Shown: in pieces, positions 15,366 to 17,155 of the stretch | How positions within the stretch are numbered: position 1 is the stretch's first letter | Layout of the letters: each line of letters opens with the position of its first letter | Origin: a bacterium | GTDB lineage: Bacteria; Bacillota; Clostridia; TANB77; RGIG9151 | Direction of reading: 5' to 3' | DNA: 17,155 nucleotides | NCBI GenBank assembly: GCA_963635575.1 | Contig: CAVHFU010000031.1 | Coordinates: forward strand, 1 to 17,155 | The notes under the pieces: model-generated | Seen by the model: only the letters and a program-made list of their open reading frames with translations | Databases searched by the model: none | Told to the model about the DNA's origin: nothing | Position numbers and translations under genes: made by a program

Positions 15366-16433
15366 TTATAAAAGTTCATCAATATCATTTACTACTAATA
15401 TATTAATTGAAAAATCTTTTTCAGCATCGTCCACTTTTAATTTTCCGGTCACTGTCGTTTCTCCAGCCGAAACAGCGGTTATTGTGTCCCCATCAACAGA
15501 AATAATAGAACTGTCCTCCGAGGTTGCAGTAATTGTGTAAGGTAAATTCCAAGGCAACTTTGCAACTAGTTTTTCAGAATTTCCAACAACAAGTAAAGTA
15601 CCATTCTCAGTCTCAACACTTGCTACTTGGATAGGCTCGTCAAAAATAGTTACAAAATCCGTAAGCTCTACATCATCTTCTCCTTCGCCCTCCGAGAAAT
15701 TATCGCCAAGTCCGTCATCATCATAGTACTCATCATATAAATAAGTTTGAGCCTCCATCATGCTCTTGGCAGAACCATATATCAAAGTAGTATCCATTCC
15801 TTCATCTACACGATAAACCGAAGTCATATCCTTTGCAATAATGAATGGATATTCAGTTCCCAATATATTATCAGTGGCGGTTACAGTATAAAACCAATCT
15901 CCCACCAGACTCTCCGGTGGATTTACTGTATATCCTTCTATTCCACCATATAGTCCTGTTAAATCCTCAGATAAATAGCCTAAAATTGTCACAGCTGATT
16001 CATCAGAAACCTCTATTCCTTCATTTGTAAATGCATATTTTCCATCCGGAGAAATACTAAGTTCACCGGTATGCGTGATTTCAACACTCTTTAAATCATC
16101 AGATATTTGAAGATTAACACTTATAGGATTTTCATCATTTTGGTATGCTATAGTTCCTGAATTATTTTCCGTATGCATAACACTGGAAATTACTGTTTCA
16201 ATAGCCTCTGTTTCAGATTCACTGCCCTCCATAAGCTTAAGTTCAACAATAACGTCATCTTTGCCCAAATACTTCATACTAAGAACACCATTACTGTATT
16301 CCGAGCTATTCTCTCTTGCATAAGAACCACAGACCTCTTTCCAAAGGCTATTATCTTCTTCATCACCAAAGCAGCCGGTACAACAAATAGCAATCATAAA
16401 AAACATAGTCAAAAATTTAAATGTATTTTTCAT
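15366..16433 (-). CDS. Putative lipoprotein with acidic linker and C-terminal bacterial Ig-like (Big_2-type) domain, unknown function
   Basis: AAGGAGG lies 9 nt before the ATG. The signal peptide MKNTFKFLTMFFMIAICCTGC has Cys in a lipobox-like position. The acidic linker is YDEYYDDDGLGDNFSEGEGEDDVE. The C-terminal TATSEDSSIISVDGDTITAVSAGETTVTGK pattern is typical of Big_2 domains. Confidence 0.7.
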   Translation of the reverse strand: MKNTFKFLTMFFMIAICCTGCFGDEEDNSLWKEVCGSYARENSSEYSNGVLSMKYLGKDDVIVELKLMEGSESETEAIETVISSVMHTENNSGTIAYQNDENPISVNLQISDDLKSVEITHTGELSISPDGKYAFTNEGIEVSDESAVTILGYLSEDLTGLYGGIEGYTVNPPESLVGDWFYTVTATDNILGTEYPFIIAKDMTSVYRVDEGMDTTLIYGSAKSMMEAQTYLYDEYYDDDGLGDNFSEGEGEDDVELTDFVTIFDEPIQVASVETENGTLLVVGNSEKLVAKLPWNLPYTITATSEDSSIISVDGDTITAVSAGETTVTGKLKVDDAEKDFSINILVVNDIDELL

Positions 16434-16447
16434 ATTCTATCGCCTCC

Positions 16448-17155
16448 TTATATGTCAAGATAATAGGTCTTTTGAATAGGACTAGCTCCGGGACAGGAAA
16501 TCTTTACTGTGTAATTACCCGAATAACATCTTAATCCGCCCTTGCTAGGATAGAAATTCCATTTAAACCAACCAGTTTCATTATCTGTCTTTCTAGCCGG
16601 TCCGGTATGCTTATATACTAAATCAGAATACTCGTCATATATTTCAATAGTTCCCTTCTTGCCTTTTAAGCTTGAATATTTAACATTAAATACAATAGAC
16701 TTATTCCCCTGAGTATCATATTTATAATTTGCAGACCCAAAAGATAATTTACCGGCACTATGATTTATAGTATATTTCCAAGTAAATTTTCTGTATGGTC
16801 CTGCATATGAACTTGTATACCCACTCATTAAATTAAGTACGAAAGTATACTTGCCACCTGGCAATTTAGAATACTTAGCCAAATAATTCTTGTTTAATAC
16901 GCTGTTTTTATTTAACTTACTCCCCTTCCAAGTAAAAACCTTCTTACCAGATGAATTAACAACATACGGTTCAACATAGTATTCGTTATCGCCACTATTG
17001 TTTGTCATCTTAAAACTCATTGCATATTTGCCGTCTTTTGTGTAACTATCATTTCTTTTTACATATAATCCAACTTCACTAGATTTTATTGCATAAGATT
17101 GAGTACACAATAAACAACTACAAATAATAGCCACTACCATAAACAACTTTTTCAT
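16448..17155 (-). CDS. Secreted protein with two beta-rich repeat halves, unknown function
   Basis: The ATG lies exactly at the right window edge (17155..17153), so its upstream signals are not visible. The signal peptide is MKKLFMVVAIICSCLLCTQSYA|IK. Both halves end in G-K/N-Y-T-F/V-x-L/I-x motifs (GGKYTFVLNL and SGNYTVKISC), suggesting tandem Ig-like beta-sandwich domains. Confidence 0.6.
   Translation of the reverse strand: MKKLFMVVAIICSCLLCTQSYAIKSSEVGLYVKRNDSYTKDGKYAMSFKMTNNSGDNEYYVEPYVVNSSGKKVFTWKGSKLNKNSVLNKNYLAKYSKLPGGKYTFVLNLMSGYTSSYAGPYRKFTWKYTINHSAGKLSFGSANYKYDTQGNKSIVFNVKYSSLKGKKGTIEIYDEYSDLVYKHTGPARKTDNETGWFKWNFYPSKGGLRCYSGNYTVKISCPGASPIQKTYYLDI

Overview
The window is a strongly AT-rich (judged by eye, not computed) Firmicutes/Clostridia-like chromosomal segment, and every credible gene lies on the minus strand. 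In minus-strand transcription order (high to low coordinates) it contains the following. (1) A four-gene operon of secreted proteins, lipoproteins and a small membrane protein of unknown function (17155..14587). (2) A TetR-controlled MacAB/YknXYZ-type tripartite ABC efflux operon: TetR, ATPase, HlyD-like adaptor and FtsX/MacB permease, followed by a TolC-like OEP protein (14376..9532). (3) mgtE behind a roughly 210-nt structured leader. (4) An orphan family-5 peptide-type substrate-binding protein. (5) remB(DUF370)-gyrB, lspA, a REC/HD-GYP response regulator, an RNHCP zinc-ribbon protein and long-form hpf. The most interesting part is the apparently non-coding left end (about 104..480), which the ORF track misses. 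It holds a strong promoter, two tandem 53/56-nt repeats with a covariation-supported hairpin and an A-rich tract, a perfect intrinsic terminator, and then an RBS-led ORF with a ToxN/AbiQ-like N-terminus. This is the layout of a type III (RNA antitoxin) toxin-antitoxin/abortive-infection locus. The ORF stops after 51 codons, apparently because an IS3-like element was inserted; the transposase ORF of that element begins at 39 and runs off the left edge. No rRNA, tRNA or CRISPR array was seen. I trimmed several ORF-track N-termini to RBS-supported starts.
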